Positions 31,755 to 47,490 of a DNA stretch of 64,000 nucleotides are shown here, piece by piece. Made by a program: the position numbers and the translations under genes. Origin of the DNA: the human T2T-CHM13v2.0 reference genome, Homo sapiens. The first letter of the stretch is position 1; every line of letters starts with the position of its first letter. The stretch is taken from NCBI RefSeq assembly GCF_009914755.1, contig NC_060929.1. One strand, written 5' to 3'. The notes beneath the pieces are model-generated. The model had not been told where the DNA came from. It was given only the letters and a program-made list of their open reading frames with translations, and searched no databases.

Positions 31755-33975
31755 TAATTTTTTATGTGTGTCAATGCTCTTCACAAATGTATATGGTCTG
31801 TGTGTTCTCTCCATACCTAAGGAACATGGTTTGGAATTCTTTTTAACTCTTGAGTTGTAGTTAGAGGATTAGAGGTTATAATTCAGCTCTCATGTCTAAC
31901 CTAAGGCAACTTTTATCCAATGAGGTCACAGAATATTCAAAGGCCTCCAAAATAATAAAATGCAAATGATATTGGTATATGCAATATGTAAAATGGAACA
32001 AGCATGTATGTCTTTTTGTTTTTGCCAGATATTGAATTGAGAAAATAAGGTTGATTATTACATCTTGGCTGTTTGTCCACAGGAGCTTGGTATACTCAGT
32101 GGGTGAATTACTGCTGTCTATTCATTTAGCTGGACTTTGAGGTCTATTAAGCTGGTTGCTGAAGACTTGCTTTCATCAGGGGCTTTGAAAACACAAATGG
32201 ATGTTGCAATGAATAATGTGGTCTTGGCTAGATGGCAGTACAGACTGCTGAAAGGCCCCCTGCTCCCCCCAAGTCTAAATTTTGCTTTTAAGGGTTTTAC
32301 AAATCTGCTGTTTGATTCTGAAGCCTTTTGTACTGAGACCTGAGTTGCACTGCAGACTTAATTAAGCTGAACTTCATTTAAGATCTATGTAAAAGGAACT
32401 AGATCCTTCAGAATTGTCAATCACATTTAAACACCTTCAGACAGCTGAGGTGGTAGAATTACTGACATAAAAGGAAGCCAGAGAGGGAAGAAATGAAACA
32501 ATGATACTGAAGCCTTTTAAGTAAGGGGTTCTTAGAGGTCAGTTCATTTGCTTAAATGAAGATACCCTGCAGATTCCTCATTTTATGATATGGCATTATT
32601 CTAAACTATAAACTGTGAGCCATTGATCCCTGAAAGGAAAAGAGTAAATCAGCCTGCACTCTTTGGTACTTGATTTTAACTGCCGATTTTCAACAGGCCC
32701 AGGAGTTGGGTGAAGTAAATTCCACAAGAAATATGTTTCCAGTGTTAACATTTGATTTCCTCTATTCTTATTCTAAAACAAATCCAGAATTCAGGATTAA
32801 AATATCTAAATTTCTTTAAACATAAAAGTAGGACTGAATTTCTTGGACTGGTTTTTTTCCTTAGTTATGTTTAATCATTTGGCAATGGTGCCGGGAACCT
32901 TGGTAGAGAGGCTAGTGGGAAGCCAAGTCATTCTCTACTAAGCTATCACACATTTGGTTAAGACACATGTATTGCATAGCCAGAACAACCTGTGGAAAAA
33001 AACGAAATCAGTAATCAGTTCAGGAGTATATTGATGTGCGATAACAAACATCATTTGGTTCATTAATCCTATCTGTGGCCTTTATCTACAATCTATATCT
33101 TTCTTTATGCTAGAGCTTAGTGGACAGGTATTGTCTTCTTCCTTTTGGTAAATTTCCCACTAGTGTAGAGATAAGATTCCGGCTTTTTAGCTTTCTATAA
33201 AGGAATATGACATTATCTATAATTCTGAAGCAGAAATATCTTCTCCAAACTTTTTGGAGAAGTACATCTTAAAGATAGTTCCAATGCAGCTTTGTAATAT
33301 TTACCATGTTCTCCGATTTTGAATATTTGAAAACATAGCATCGTAAGAAGCTTCAACCAAATAAATGGAAACATACCAGTTATACCCTCCAAAAAGACCA
33401 CATTGGATTTATAGTCACTTGCTTACATAAATGAGACCCACACACTGAAATTTATTTGTCTACCAGTGGCATTTCTGTGTTCATCAAAGGCTCATCTGTC
33501 CAACACGATTTCCCTTTAGATTTATCTGGACAGGCTCCATTCTCCTGACTATGTCGTTTCTTCTTTCTTTGTTGAATTGCTGAGAGATTGCTGAGGAACA
33601 GTTTGTTCTCCATCTCTCCATGGACAGGCTAGCACAAATGCACAGGAACTTCATACCAGCAGCATATATCTTGCAAATGATATACTTCCCCTTTGTACCC
33701 ACCATCTAGAGCTAAGTGTTAACTCTTCCTCTGTCTTAGGACCAATAAAACTGACAGCTGGCTTTCTAGGGTGCATAACAGCTTCCGTGCAGCTGCTTAG
33801 CCATAATTATTTAATTAGAAGCTGCCAACTGTGCCTATATAAGCATTAATTCATCAAGCTGTTGTGCTCGGGTTAATGGGACGAAACCATGGGAGATGCT
33901 CTAAAGAAGGGAGTTGGCTGCATGCAAAGATGCTTTTCACAAAGGAACTCAACTTCCTCCTGGGCTTAGGGGGAA

Positions 33976-34112
33976 ATATATATATATATATATTTATATG
34001 TGTGTATATATATAAATATATATATATTTATATGTGTATATATATACACATATATATGTGTGTATGTATGTATATATATGTGTGTGTATATATATGTATA
34101 TATATATATATA
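33976..34112. repeat. (TA)n/(TG)n compound low-complexity repeat
   Basis: Direct reading. Confidence 0.92.
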
Positions 34113-35555
34113 CAAGCTCCTTAGATCTAAGGAATTAACAATTTAAGCAATCAGTCTTTTTTAATAACACAGGAATAAGGCAGAGTCACTTTGCATGGAT
34201 CAATATCTCAGTAAAAAATAAACAGCAAGAAATTAGTGCATAGCATGATGGTTCATAATCATGGGGAGAGACTTCTTGTTTCCCTGTTTGCCTATTTTTT
34301 CTTCTGAGTCTTCCAAGAAAAATTGGGGAGACCGAAATCTACCTATCAACCATGAATAAGTTAGATTCTTACCTCATTTAAATTTTCATGTGGACCTAGA
34401 GTTGATGGTCAATATCAGGTGGTTTTCAGTGTGTGTTTTGTTAGTGTAGAACTATGAACAATGAAAAAGTCAACAGGTATTTGTATGTGCTTAAGAGGCA
34501 GGTAAGAAATGTGTTTGTCTACATCACTCACACACCAAAATACAGGTGAAATGCTATGGATTATGATTCACTTATATGCAACTAAAAGAGTTAATATGAG
34601 TGATAGAGGAACATAGAAAAGAAACGTCTACCCTAGGGATTGCCTTACAAAGTATTTTAGACATGTCCTTTGCTTTAATTTAAAACAATAAGAAGGTTTC
34701 TTTACTACTTTCCCAACCAACTGACTGAATAATTACTTTTCAAGCATTATGTGGAAGGTGAGGTCATAAATATCAGAAAATGCCTTCTTGATTCACCTCT
34801 AAATAAAATGAGAACTATGTAATCTGCAAAAGACAAGTCCTGATTTTGAACTAGATACTCAATAACAATTCACATCACTTAGGAACCAAATGACAGGTGC
34901 ATGGAAATAAATGAACCTTTATTTCCAGAGCCATCTTCTGATGCCTGAGAGAGTGGGAAGATTGTTCTTGGTTGGAGAGAATTATGCACATTTCCATAAG
35001 CCTACTCATGAGTGAGTTACTTCAGCCAAATGCCTGAAAGCACTAAGATTTAAAGGCATTTGCCTCTAATAAAGCTGTGATAACGTGACCACACTTAGGG
35101 AGGTTAATTCATAGGACACTTATTCTGAAAACATACACTCTGAATTCTATGAATTATGGAAACAGACACACTGATTCATCATCTTTTCAACAAATTGCAG
35201 CTTGTAAGTGCATTTTAACCTTTCTTCTCTTTACTTATTTTCCTAAAATTTAGAGTTGCTTCCACAGAAGTCTCTAAATTACCTTTTAGATGCAGTATAT
35301 ATCTTCAGGATTATTGATTAAGATAGGCTGTTGGAAAAAAGTAGATCAAGAAATTATCTTCCATTTATAATTCAGCTGTGTGACCTCGTATTGGGGAGAA
35401 ATATATGCTTTGGCCACTGTGAATAATTTAGCTAAGCTTGACTTTAACAAGCTTCAATAAGAGCATGTGCCTTCATAAGAAAACAGGTGGAAATGCATCT
35501 ACCCTAAGATTATTCTAGCCTTTTTTTTCTCCTGGCTACTTGAAAGATACCAGTA

Positions 35556-35891
35556 CAGGTTGAGCATCCCTACTTCAAAAATTCCATGTCCAAAATGATT
35601 CAAAATCCAGGACTTCTTGAGCACCAGCATGATGCCACAAGTGGAAAATTCCACATATAAGTACTCAACACAAACTTTGTTTCATGTCCCAAATTATTAA
35701 AACTATTGTATACAATTACATTAGGCTATGTGTATAATGTGCATATAAAACATAAATGAATTGCATGTTCAAACTTGAGTCTTAGCCCTAAGATATGTCA
35801 TTACATATATGCAAATATCATAAAATCTGAAAAAATCCAAAATCTGAAACATGTCCAGTTCAGGCATTTTGAGTAAGGGATATTCAACCTG
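35556..35891. mobile_element. Tigger4-like (TcMar-Tigger) non-autonomous DNA transposon
   Basis: TIRs CAGGTTGAGCATCCCT / AGGGATATTCAACCTG; TA TSDs at 35554-35555 and 35892-35893; 336 bp. Confidence 0.88.
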
Positions 35892-36969
35892 TAATAATTT
35901 CAATTTTTATTACCTATAGAGATATGGTATTGGCACATTCAAAGTGAAACATCAGGGATAGCAGAGTGGCCAAAATCATAAGGTATGTGATGTTTGGTCC
36001 TTACACTACCAGCATCTCTCTCTGTGACTTCCTTCTGTTGTCTCACCTTAGCTGCTCCTCTTTCCTTCTGTTTGAGTCATGTCTGCTCTCCAGTTCTTTC
36101 TCCCATGCCATAATCAAAGCTCATCAGGAAAAATTCTGCTCTGTCATTATATTTAGAATGCTTTCAAGGCATGATGTTACCTTCCCCAGGGGTATTTGTA
36201 CATAAGAGCACTTTTAATAGTTGTGGATCAGGCATCCTTTTACCTTGAAGAAAGTGTTCTTAAGATTTGAAGCTTCTTAATTTCTGATGAAAAACAAACC
36301 GCAGTTTAAGTATAAGGCTTCATTATGAAGTCAGTTTAGACCCATGCTCAGGCAGATATTGGATAATAAAGGGCAGAAGCAGCAGGCATAATTTTTCTTA
36401 TTTCTTTAAGATGCTGTGCACTGAGAATTGGGCTTAATAGAACAGTGATTTAAGCATGTTAGTGAAGTATTTTATTATACTGTTTTCACTTCTATGCCAA
36501 GCAAGAGCTGTTACCTGAGCCCAGTCCCTTGTAGGAGAAGATTAAAATAGTTTCTTCCTGGGTCTGTGGCATCAGGGAAGGTATTTGGCAGCAAGAATTG
36601 TGTCAATGTATGGGTGAAAAGGAGAGGTCTCTGAAGTTGCCCCCAAGTGTTCTGATACATTAAAATATATATGATTGGAAAGAGAAGACCAAATATTTCT
36701 AACAGCCTAATGAGGTTGTATCTAATCAAAGAAATTAGAAATGGAAGTAGCTGAGAATGTGCCACAAAGCTCCATCTGGAACACCTCCAAACACAAAACA
36801 CGGAAAGGAGCGACTACGCATAGGATGAGTGCCAGTCCCATGCATAGAAAGAAGTCTTCCAGAAATGGATAGATGAATGCTCAGTTTCTGCATCATAACG
36901 CACTGTTGCTCTTTTTCTTTTGCCTCTGCGATGGCTTTTCTCAAGTATTGTGTTTCTTGGCAAATCAGT

Positions 36970-37400
36970 TAATTTTTTTTTATTACAGAAATTTTGAAAT
37001 GTATCCAAATGTAGAGATAATGGCATAATGAACTTTCATGTAACCATCACCCATCTCTAATAATTACCCTTAGCACAGCAAGATCAATCTTGTTTCATCC
37101 ATATTCCTACTTACTTTCCCTTTTGTCGATGCTGGATTATTTTGAAGCAAATCCCAGACATCAATTCATTTCTTTATCCACAAATGCTATGGTATATATT
37201 TCTAAAATATAAATTATTTTTAAAAGCAACATAACATCATTATATGGTATTCTACCATATACCATTATAACATACAAAATTAATAATTCTTTAATATTAT
37301 CAAATATCTAGTCAGTGTTTAAAGTTTCCTGATTTCTTCACAATGTTTTAAAAGTTGGTTTGAATCAAGATGCAAATGAAATCTACATATTATATTATAT
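36970..37400 (-). mobile_element. Old L1M(E) 3' fragment
   Basis: taatgaactttcatgtaaccatcaccca...ggattattttgaagcaaatcccagacatc, typical of an L1ME 3' end. Confidence 0.6.
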
Positions 37401-37499
37401 TTGTTTGCTAATTTTCTTTTCTCTCATCATTTAAAAAATATTGCATATAACTTATATGCAACAAAGTGGTAAAATGTCCATCTTACATCTCTTTTAATT

Positions 37500-37632
37500 C
37501 CTCCCTTTCTTTCTCTTGCTCTATTCCCTTTTCTCTCTCTCTTTTCCCTTCCCTTCCCTTCTTTCTCTTTCTTTCTTTCTTTCTCTCTCTTTCTTTTTTT
37601 CTCTCTCTCTTTCTTTTTCTTTCTCCTCTTTT
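37500..37632. repeat. CT/CTTT-rich polypyrimidine repeat
   Basis: Direct reading. Confidence 0.88.
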
Positions 37633-38249
37633 TTACAACTTACTTGTTTCATGAAATCAAGTTGTCATGTTGAATATCTTGCATTCTGGGTTTTGCTCAT
37701 CCATCTCTATGATCTCCGTGATATTATGAACACACCCTCCTCAATCCTTATGTTTTTGGTAAGCTCGTTAGATCTAGACTCCAGATTTTAGAGGCCTAAT
37801 CAAATTCACTCAGTATTTCTGACAAGTTTTCACAGGTGACAGCAAGTTCATTTTACAATTTGCATTGGAGGATTGAAATGCTATATGTTATGGAGGCAAG
37901 GTAAGGGCATGTTTTTATTGTTAGCTTTTACATATTTATCATCTGAATCAATAGCTATTGGGTGTATTCTCTCCATTGTTCAAGTTGATTCTGATGACAA
38001 AGCAGGCATTCAAAGAGGTCCCTTATTTTCTCTCCAGTCATTCAAGGTCTAGTATTGCACTTCCATTCTTGTCATTAGATTAGGCTACCATTCAGGTGCT
38101 GCAGTGGTAGCCTGCTGAGCTTACCAAGATGTGCAGTGGGCCCTGTTGACTATGAGAATCATTTTGGGTAGAAAAGTTTGCCTTCTGGCTATTCTGATTT
38201 TACATTTGAGTATCTTTGTATTTTTTCAATTGTGCTGAAACTCCACTGA

Positions 38250-39125
38250 ACTTAACCATTTGTGTTTCCCAAGCTTCTTCTCTAAATGGCATTGTTAGTC
38301 ACTTAGTTGCCCAAGGAGGAATAAAACATAGGTGACATTCCTGATTCTTTCTTCTCCCCACTTTCTCCAATCTCCAACAAGTCCTGTTGGTTCTTCTCCT
38401 TCATCTCCCTCAGGTCCGTCCTCTTCTTTCCATCTCCGCTGATGGAAAGGCCATGAGCATTCCTTTATTGCTTTTCTATACTATTGCAAATGAGCTTAAA
38501 TTGTTCTCCCCCTCCCGCATCCAGTATTTTCCCCTTTGGATCTATCCTCCTTGCTGCAAATATGATGAGATTTCTAAGGAGTGACTGACCATGTCACTCC
38601 TTTGCTTAAAGTTCATAATTGTCTTACAACTGCTCTTGTATTCAAATACAAACTCTTTAACATGAACCACATCCTTTTGTGAAATCGCTTCTGCTTCCCT
38701 CCTCAGCCTCTACTGTTGCCATTCTGCCCTCTTTGCATTTATAACCTTAGCCATAACAGATCTTTTTTAGTTCTTGGATACTTTTGTGTACTTGCATGTT
38801 CATTTTTTGTGAGTGATGTTCCCTCTGCCTGGAACTCTGCCTCCATCTGCTTTGGTTAGCTAAATGTTCAGTTTCCCAATCCAGAAGTTACTTCTTCTGG
38901 GAAGACTTTCCTAGTCCACCATACCTGGATTAGGTACCCCTTATCTTTGCCTCTTAAGATCCTATTTTTCTATATCACAGCACATATAATAATGTATTCT
39001 ACTTGGTTATTTACCTGTCTTTCCAACTGTAAGCTTTGTGAAGCCAGAAGCTATATCTGTCATCTTCATTATTGTACCTGATTCAGTGCCTGGAACAAAT
39101 GTAGGTATAGTACTTTATAAATATT
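38250..39125 (+). mobile_element. L2 fragment
   Basis: ctgaccatgtcactcctttgcttaaa, ccctctgcctggaac, ctgtaagctttgtgaag...agtgcctggaaca. Confidence 0.65.
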
Positions 39126-39669
39126 TCTTTAGAATGCATTTTTAAAAGTTCTTACTGCAATATTCTGTTTTGGTCATAGATGCTACTGTCTTGAATATAC
39201 TATTGTATTGTCTCTTAATAGAAGAACTGGAGGGCAGTGATGGTTTGATTGATGCTTTAAATAATAATAATAATGTTATTTTCTAACTTTCACTGAGTGC
39301 TAAGCATTTTACATACTAGTTGGATTTCTCACTGAAAGGTGCTCTACTCTTCGCACCTGCGCAAAGATTCTAGCTCTAGGGAACTGAGAAAAACACTTAC
39401 CAGCAGCAAAGACTCCTGTGGTCTCCTTTTAGTTGGTTCATCCAAGCAGGAGTAAATTGAAGCTGGATGTGACCAGGGTTTAAGGAGCAACCCAGGATTC
39501 AGAAAAGTGCTGCAAAATTGATAAATATCCCCAATAGAAAAAGAGCTCTACTAGAAGGCAACTGTACTGTGAGACCGACAAGGTTGCCTTCTTAATTTTC
39601 TTACTGCCAAAGTATTCCATTTCCTCTTCTCTTCCCATAAATGTTAATTATCATTTCTTAATGCCAGAG

Positions 39670-39915
39670 GCAGCATAACATAGTGGTTAAGAGCCTGGAT
39701 TTTGGTGCCCAGGCAGCTTGAGGTTGAATCTCAACTTTGCTACCACCAGATACATGATCATTAGCAAATTGCTTCCGTGCCTCAGTTTCCTCAACTGTAA
39801 AATGGAAAGGATAACAATAGTACTTGCCACATAGAGTTGTTATGATAATTAAATGGGTTGATATATAGAAAGTGCTTAAAACAGTGCCAGACACCCAGTC
39901 AGTGCAATAGAAGCC
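39670..39915 (+). mobile_element. MIR
   Basis: tagtggttaagagc...gcctcagtttcctcaactgtaaaatgg...aaagtgcttaaaacagtgcc. Confidence 0.85.
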
Positions 39916-40713
39916 TTAGTAAATATGAGGACCTCTGGGAATACTGGCATGGATAAGACATAAGTGCTTCCTTTAAATAACATATATGATTCTTTCTAAT
40001 AGTCCTTTTGAAAACTTTTCCCAGTTTATTGATGTTAAAACAGGTTAAAACAAACAAAAATATACAGAAGTCACTTTATAAGAAGAAGTTTTAGCTATTT
40101 GTTATAACTGAATCTGAGATAAACCCCTTAAAAGGCTTTGAATTCTAGTAACTATTTGCTTCATTCTGGCTATTGCACAATGGAAGTGATTAATAGATGG
40201 TTTCCTCCCCCTATCCCTCACCTTGATTTCAACCTGTGGCTTTTCGGAACCTAGAGTAATATATGATGGATTTAAAAATTAAGAATACAACTTAAATTGT
40301 ATATCTGATCACTGTGGAATTAGAATAACCTTTTGTGAATATCAGCCTAGAGAGTATTCCCTTTCATGGTGACAGAAAATGGTTATTGAGTATGTCACTG
40401 ACAATAGGATCATTGAAATTGCTCCAGAAATGAAAACAAGACATTTTGCTTCACACTGTGAGTAGCTGTGTTATGTGGCATTCAAAGGAAATAAGATTGC
40501 TAATGGGATGGGAGTCTGTTACTGTGTGACCCATTCAAAAACTGCCCCGTGTGAAGAAATTCATACTTCTCTCCTTTTATTCATCAGTTCCATTCCAGAG
40601 AAGAAAGTTATAATAATTTCCTCAGTCAAATTTACAGCAACTTTTTATTCTGAGTAAATCTGATATAATCTGATTAGGAGTTAGTTGTATTGATGAAAAT
40701 AGAAAGCAACTCA

Positions 40714-41111
<398 letters not shown>

Positions 41112-43395
41112 TCAACAATGAGAAAATAGAGAAAAGGACAGCTAAGCTCTGGTAGTGGTAACTTTTTTGTAAAGGGGACTCTGGAGCAGCACAGAAATTC
41201 TAGTAATTAGACTAAAGGAAATTAGGCATATGGATATTAAAATGTGGCAGAGGCATGGAATTAAAACCAAGGGAATTCTCTTGACTTGGAGAAGAGTTTC
41301 AGAGTTCTGAAGCTACCCCAAACAGAGAATGAGCTGGATCACGTTGAAAAGCACATCAAGCACTGGTCAGGCATCAGTGCTAATTTTCTTATGGCTTAAG
41401 CACTCATTTACATCAGTTAAAGACATTTTCCTATGGGCATATGCCTGCCAAATTACACAGTAATTCAAATGGAAGGTAGAATCCAGTTTTTACTAATTTT
41501 CTTTCTAGTCAACTAGGTGAGATTTTTTTTTCCTTAAATAGAGGGATATCTGTGTGGAGTTGTTCAATTTTGTCAAGCTGCAACAAAATAAAATTTATTA
41601 ATTCTTATTTGCCCAATAAAAGTATATCTTAGAAAATGAGCAGTTTCACTTGGCTTTTCTGAATAGATGCTCCTCTGGGACAGAGGGGTAATAACGGATA
41701 ATATAATGTGTGATATTTTCAACAATTTTAGGTCAATTTTGGATGTTCAAATATATAAAATATTTATTTGGAAAGATGTTATTGCTTCACACTTATTGAG
41801 GACCTGTCTTATATGAAGTACTTTTCTGTAGGCCTGTTCAGTTAAAATGGGTAGAAAATGTCATATCTGTATGCAAAGAATCAGCATTCTGATTCACCAG
41901 CTCTTCACGTTAATGATTTTCTAGTACTTCTCCACAATCTGCCAGGGAAGTGATTAACAATCTGCATATACTTCATTGATTGGAAACTGCAGGCACTTCA
42001 AACCTTCCTTCATCTGCACCCTTACATGCAGACCAAAAAAAAAAAAAAGTAATGAAGTGTAATTTTGTTTTCTTACACACCTTGACATCCTTTTGACAGA
42101 GTGACCTTCTTTAATAGGCAGATTTAGGTCTAGCCTCAGTTAGTTGCTGAGAGTTGTGTTTACTAGTTTCTGGGCACATGAGTAAATAACAGGCACCCTG
42201 ACCTTGCTGTGCCCTTTGCTCTTGTGCCTGTTAGGTTCCTCAACATCCACCACATGCAGTGGTGGGCTTTTATATGTCTTCTAGAAATACCTATTGAATA
42301 CCTAAAGTGTGCCCACGATTGCACAAACCTCCAGTAATTCACCTGTGAACAGAAGCATATGGTCATTGTTGCCATGGAGCATATGGTATAGAAAGAGATT
42401 AGAATAGTAAATGGGAAATTTCAATCTAGTGTGATGAGGAAGTGTAAACTGATATGAAGATAGTGAGATAGCTCCTAGTCTGTACTTGGGGTATCAGGTA
42501 ATTAAAACTGATTTAATATTAATACTTAGAGAGGAGAAAATATTTAAATCTTTTTTGCATTTTTTGACTTTCAGACACTAGCTGGTGGATGGAGTAATAA
42601 AAGTTATATCCTAGGAGGCTTAGGAAAACTTTAAGATTATTAACAATCCTTTTATTTCTGATTTAATTAGATTTTTTCCATTGGTAGCTGTGCAAATGAT
42701 ATTATTAATAGTTATGCCAAGAACCAATATCATGTTTTTTTAACTCTTCAGGTTTCTCTCCCATTCAAACCTTTGTCTGTTAATAGTGCTTTAGCCAAAT
42801 CAGAGTCTAAATGATAACCAAGATAACCAGTAATTGATTTTAAGAGTACTTTATATTTCTAGTCTCCTTTTATAATGATTATCAAAATGGTATATACCAT
42901 TATTATGATTTTAACTTTAACTAAACATTGCTGATTTACCTTGCTAATCTCATGCACAAATCATTTGCAGCAACTACTACAGTGCTGAACACTCAGGAGG
43001 TGCTCAGTAAAAGTTTGTGGAATGTATGGATAAATTAATAATACCACATTTTAAAGCAAGGAAACATGAAGTGTAAAATAAATGAGATTTTCCCGCATTT
43101 TACTTTCTAATCACTTTTAATCACGAATATACCCCATGAGTGACAGTAAAATATGGTTGAATACCCTAACAGCATCAAACTCATCTGGATAAAAGCCTTA
43201 GTTCGGTTACTTCCTATCAGGGCATACTTGGGCAAGTGTCTTTTCTTCCTAACACATCAGATCACCTCCCTCCACATAAAAGGGGGATGAGGAAGCTTCT
43301 CTCATGGCAGCGTTGTGAGAACTAAGCCAAGGTCATGCCACCTTGTTAGCTTTGTTTTCATCAGTAGCCAGGCATTTTGTCTCCCAGCTCTTTTA

Positions 43396-44011
<616 letters not shown>

Positions 44012-44847
44012 TCTCCCAGCTCTTTTAATTCATCTTACAAATGTTTGGACCCAGCAGGAGAAACTGAGAGCAGATGGACCTGTTAGAGTGATGCTGCCTG
44101 CTGCCGAAACAGAAGTGCTGCAGCTACCCACTGGTCTAACTCTGCACTGTTACTACACATACTTCATGGCCCTGGAGACAGAAAAAACATATCACAACTC
44201 ACATTCCTTTAGTTCCTCTGGTCTGCTCACCTGTCCTGCCCCTTCTTTAGGCACTCATCCATTACATTGCCCTTTTGATGGCTCTTAACAACAGGCCAGC
44301 CTCTTTCCCACCTCGAGGGATTTGTCTTACCTCTCCCCCAAACACTCATCCTTCCACTTCTCATTTTTCTGAGACCTACTCATTCTTCAGAGTCAGGCTT
44401 CAGTGGGTTTTCCTTGAAAAGGCCTTCTGCTGTCGTCCCAGCTGAAGTAGCCAGTGTTTTCCTAGTGATGTCTATTCAGTACCTTGTTTGTTTCCATCCT
44501 CGTACTGTTCACATGTGTAACTATTTGCTTGATTTACTTGTTTATTTTCCCTCTATATATGAACTGTAAGCTTCCTGGGGCAGGAGCTATATTTGTCCTA
44601 CTCTTTTGTATCCTCAGCACCTAGTATAGTGCCTTATACATAGTAGGAACTCAATAAGTTATTTTTCTCTATTCTCCCCACCTCATGATGATAAATTATA
44701 ATAATAGAATTTCCTCTCACCATGAAGGCAGCAGGTTATATGTATATTTATGTGTGTGTGTGTGTGTGTGTTTATACATACACACTTACTATATACATGT
44801 ATGTAGGTGTATATAATAGCTGGCTTCTTATAGAAATGAATGAAAAG

Positions 44848-45199
<352 letters not shown>

Positions 45200-45456
45200 T
45201 TAAGAGATGTGGACAGGAGTGGGCAAAGTCACTTTGCTAAGTCAGATTCCTTAGGTACCTCCGTTGTATGACAGGAATGGTAGATCTATGTAACTGCATT
45301 GTAAGACACTGAGTAGCAAATAATACCACATATGTAAAGTGGCCATGTTGCTTATTAGATGTCTGCTATTAAGGCAGATTTTATATTAGCTTGAGTGAAC
45401 ATCTAGAGAATGTCTTAAGGATGCGTAATGAAGAAGAGAGACATTAAATCTGCTTT

Positions 45457-46410
45457 AGTATTATTATTATTATACTTTAAGTTCTGGGATACATGTGCAG
45501 AACGTGCAGGTTTGTTACATAGGTATACACATGCCATGGTGGTTTGCTGCACCCATCATCCCATCACCTACATTAGGTATTTCTCCTAATGTTATGACTC
45601 CCCTTGCCCCCCACCCCCTGACAGGCCCCAGTGTGTGATGATCCTTTCTCTGTGTCCATGTGTTCTCATTGTTCAACTCTCACTTATGAGTGAGAACATG
45701 CAGTGTTTGGTTTTCTGTTCTTGTGTTAGTTTGCTGAGAATGATGGTTTCCAGCTTCATCCGTGTCCCTGCAAAGGACATGAATTCATCCCTTTTTATGG
45801 CTGCATAGTATTCCATGGTGTATATGTGCCACATTTCTTTATCCAGTCTATTATTGATGGGCATTTGGGTTGGTTTGAAGTCTTTGCTATTGTGAACGGT
45901 ACTGTAATAAACATACGTGTGCATGTGTCTTTAGAGTAGGATGATTTATAATCCTTTGGGTATATACCCAGTAATGGGATTGCTGCGTCAAATGGTATTT
46001 CTGGTTCTTGATCCTTGAGGAATCCCCACACTGTCTTCCACAATGGTTGAACTAATTTACACTCCCATCAACAGTGTAAAAGTGTTCCTATTTCTCCACA
46101 TCCTCCCCAGCACCTGTTGTTTCCTGACTTTTTAATGATTGCCATTCTAACTGGCGTGAGATGGTATCTCATTGTGGTTTTGATTTGCATTTCTCTAATG
46201 ACCAGTGATGATGAGCTTTTTTTCATATGTTTGTTGACCGCATAAATATCTTCTTTTGAGAAGTGTCTGTTCACCTTTGCCCATTTTTTGATGGGGTTGT
46301 TTGTTTTTTTCTTGTGAATTTTTTAAAGTTCTTTGTACATTCTGGGTATTAGCCTTTTGTCAATGGATAGATTGCAAAAATGTTCTCCCATTCTGTAGGT
46401 TGCCAGTTCT
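45457..46410 (-). mobile_element. L1PA (L1PA7-like) 3' end, 5'-truncated
   Basis: 3' UTR on the minus strand (tatactttaagttctgggatacatgtgcagaacgtgcagg) and ORF2 C-terminal translations ([19 protein letters not shown]). Confidence 0.92.
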
Positions 46411-46677
46411 AACTGCTTTTTTTAGAGAGTTGCAAAAGCATTTATATATCAATGGTCAAAATAAAAAATAAGTATTTTAATGGGCAAATACATTTCTATT
46501 ATTTAAATTATTATAAGACTAGCGATTAAAGAAAAAGTAATAATGTGGTGTGGGGTATTCAACATTAAAGTAAGATGCATAACAACTATAATCCAAGGGC
46601 CTGGAGCAGATAAATGAGGATATGCCATTGTAAGATTCCTATGTGCACAAAGCGGCATAATATCACTTAGAAGTAGA

Positions 46678-47490
46678 CATACACTTCTCAAAAGAAGACA
46701 TTTATGCCGCCAACAGACACATGAAAAAATGCTCATCATTGCTGGCCATCAGAGAAATGCAAATCAAAACCACAATGAGATACCATCTCACACCAGTTAG
46801 AATGGCGATCATTAAAAAGTCAGGAAACGACAGGTGCTGGAGAGGATGTGGAGAAATAGGAACACTTTTACACTGTTGGTGGGACTGTAAACTAGTTCAA
46901 CCATTGTGGAAGACAGCGTAGCGATTCCTCAAATATCCAGAACTAGAAATACCATTTGACCCAGCCATCCCATTACTGGGTATATACCCAAAGGATTATA
47001 AATCATGCTGCTATAAAGACACATGCACACGTATGTTTACTGCGGCGCTGTTCACAATAGCAAAGACTTGGAACCAACCCAAATGTCCAACAATGATAGA
47101 CTGGATTAAGAAAATGGGGCACATATACAGCATGGAACACTATGCAGCTGTAAAAAAGGATGAGTTCATGTCTTTTGTAGGGACATGGATGAAGCTGGAA
47201 ACCATCATGCTCAGCAAACTATCGCAAGGACAAAAAAACCAAACACCGCATGTTCTCACTCATAGGTGGGAATTGAACAATGAGAACACTTGGACACAGG
47301 AAGGGGAACATCACACACCAGGGTCTGTTGTGGGGTCGGGGGAGCGGGGAGGGATAGCATTAGGAGATATACCTAATGTAAATGACGAGTTAATGGGTGC
47401 AGCACACCAACATGGCACATGTATACATATGTAACAAACCTGCACATTGTGCACACGTACCCTAGAACTTAAAGTATAATAAAAATAATA
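46678..47490 (+). mobile_element. L1PA (L1PA4/5-like) 3' end, 5'-truncated
   Basis: ORF2 C-terminus ([54 protein letters not shown]) and a 3' UTR ending ccctagaacttaaagtataataaaaa. Confidence 0.94.

Noticed and set aside
33605-33630. Possible REST/RE1 site (CCATGGACAG)
   Set aside because: Only the right half matches; the TTCAGCAC half is missing.
45457-47490. Single L1 with a twin-priming inversion
   Set aside because: Both arms contain the same segment with separate 3' tails and different subfamily diagnostics.
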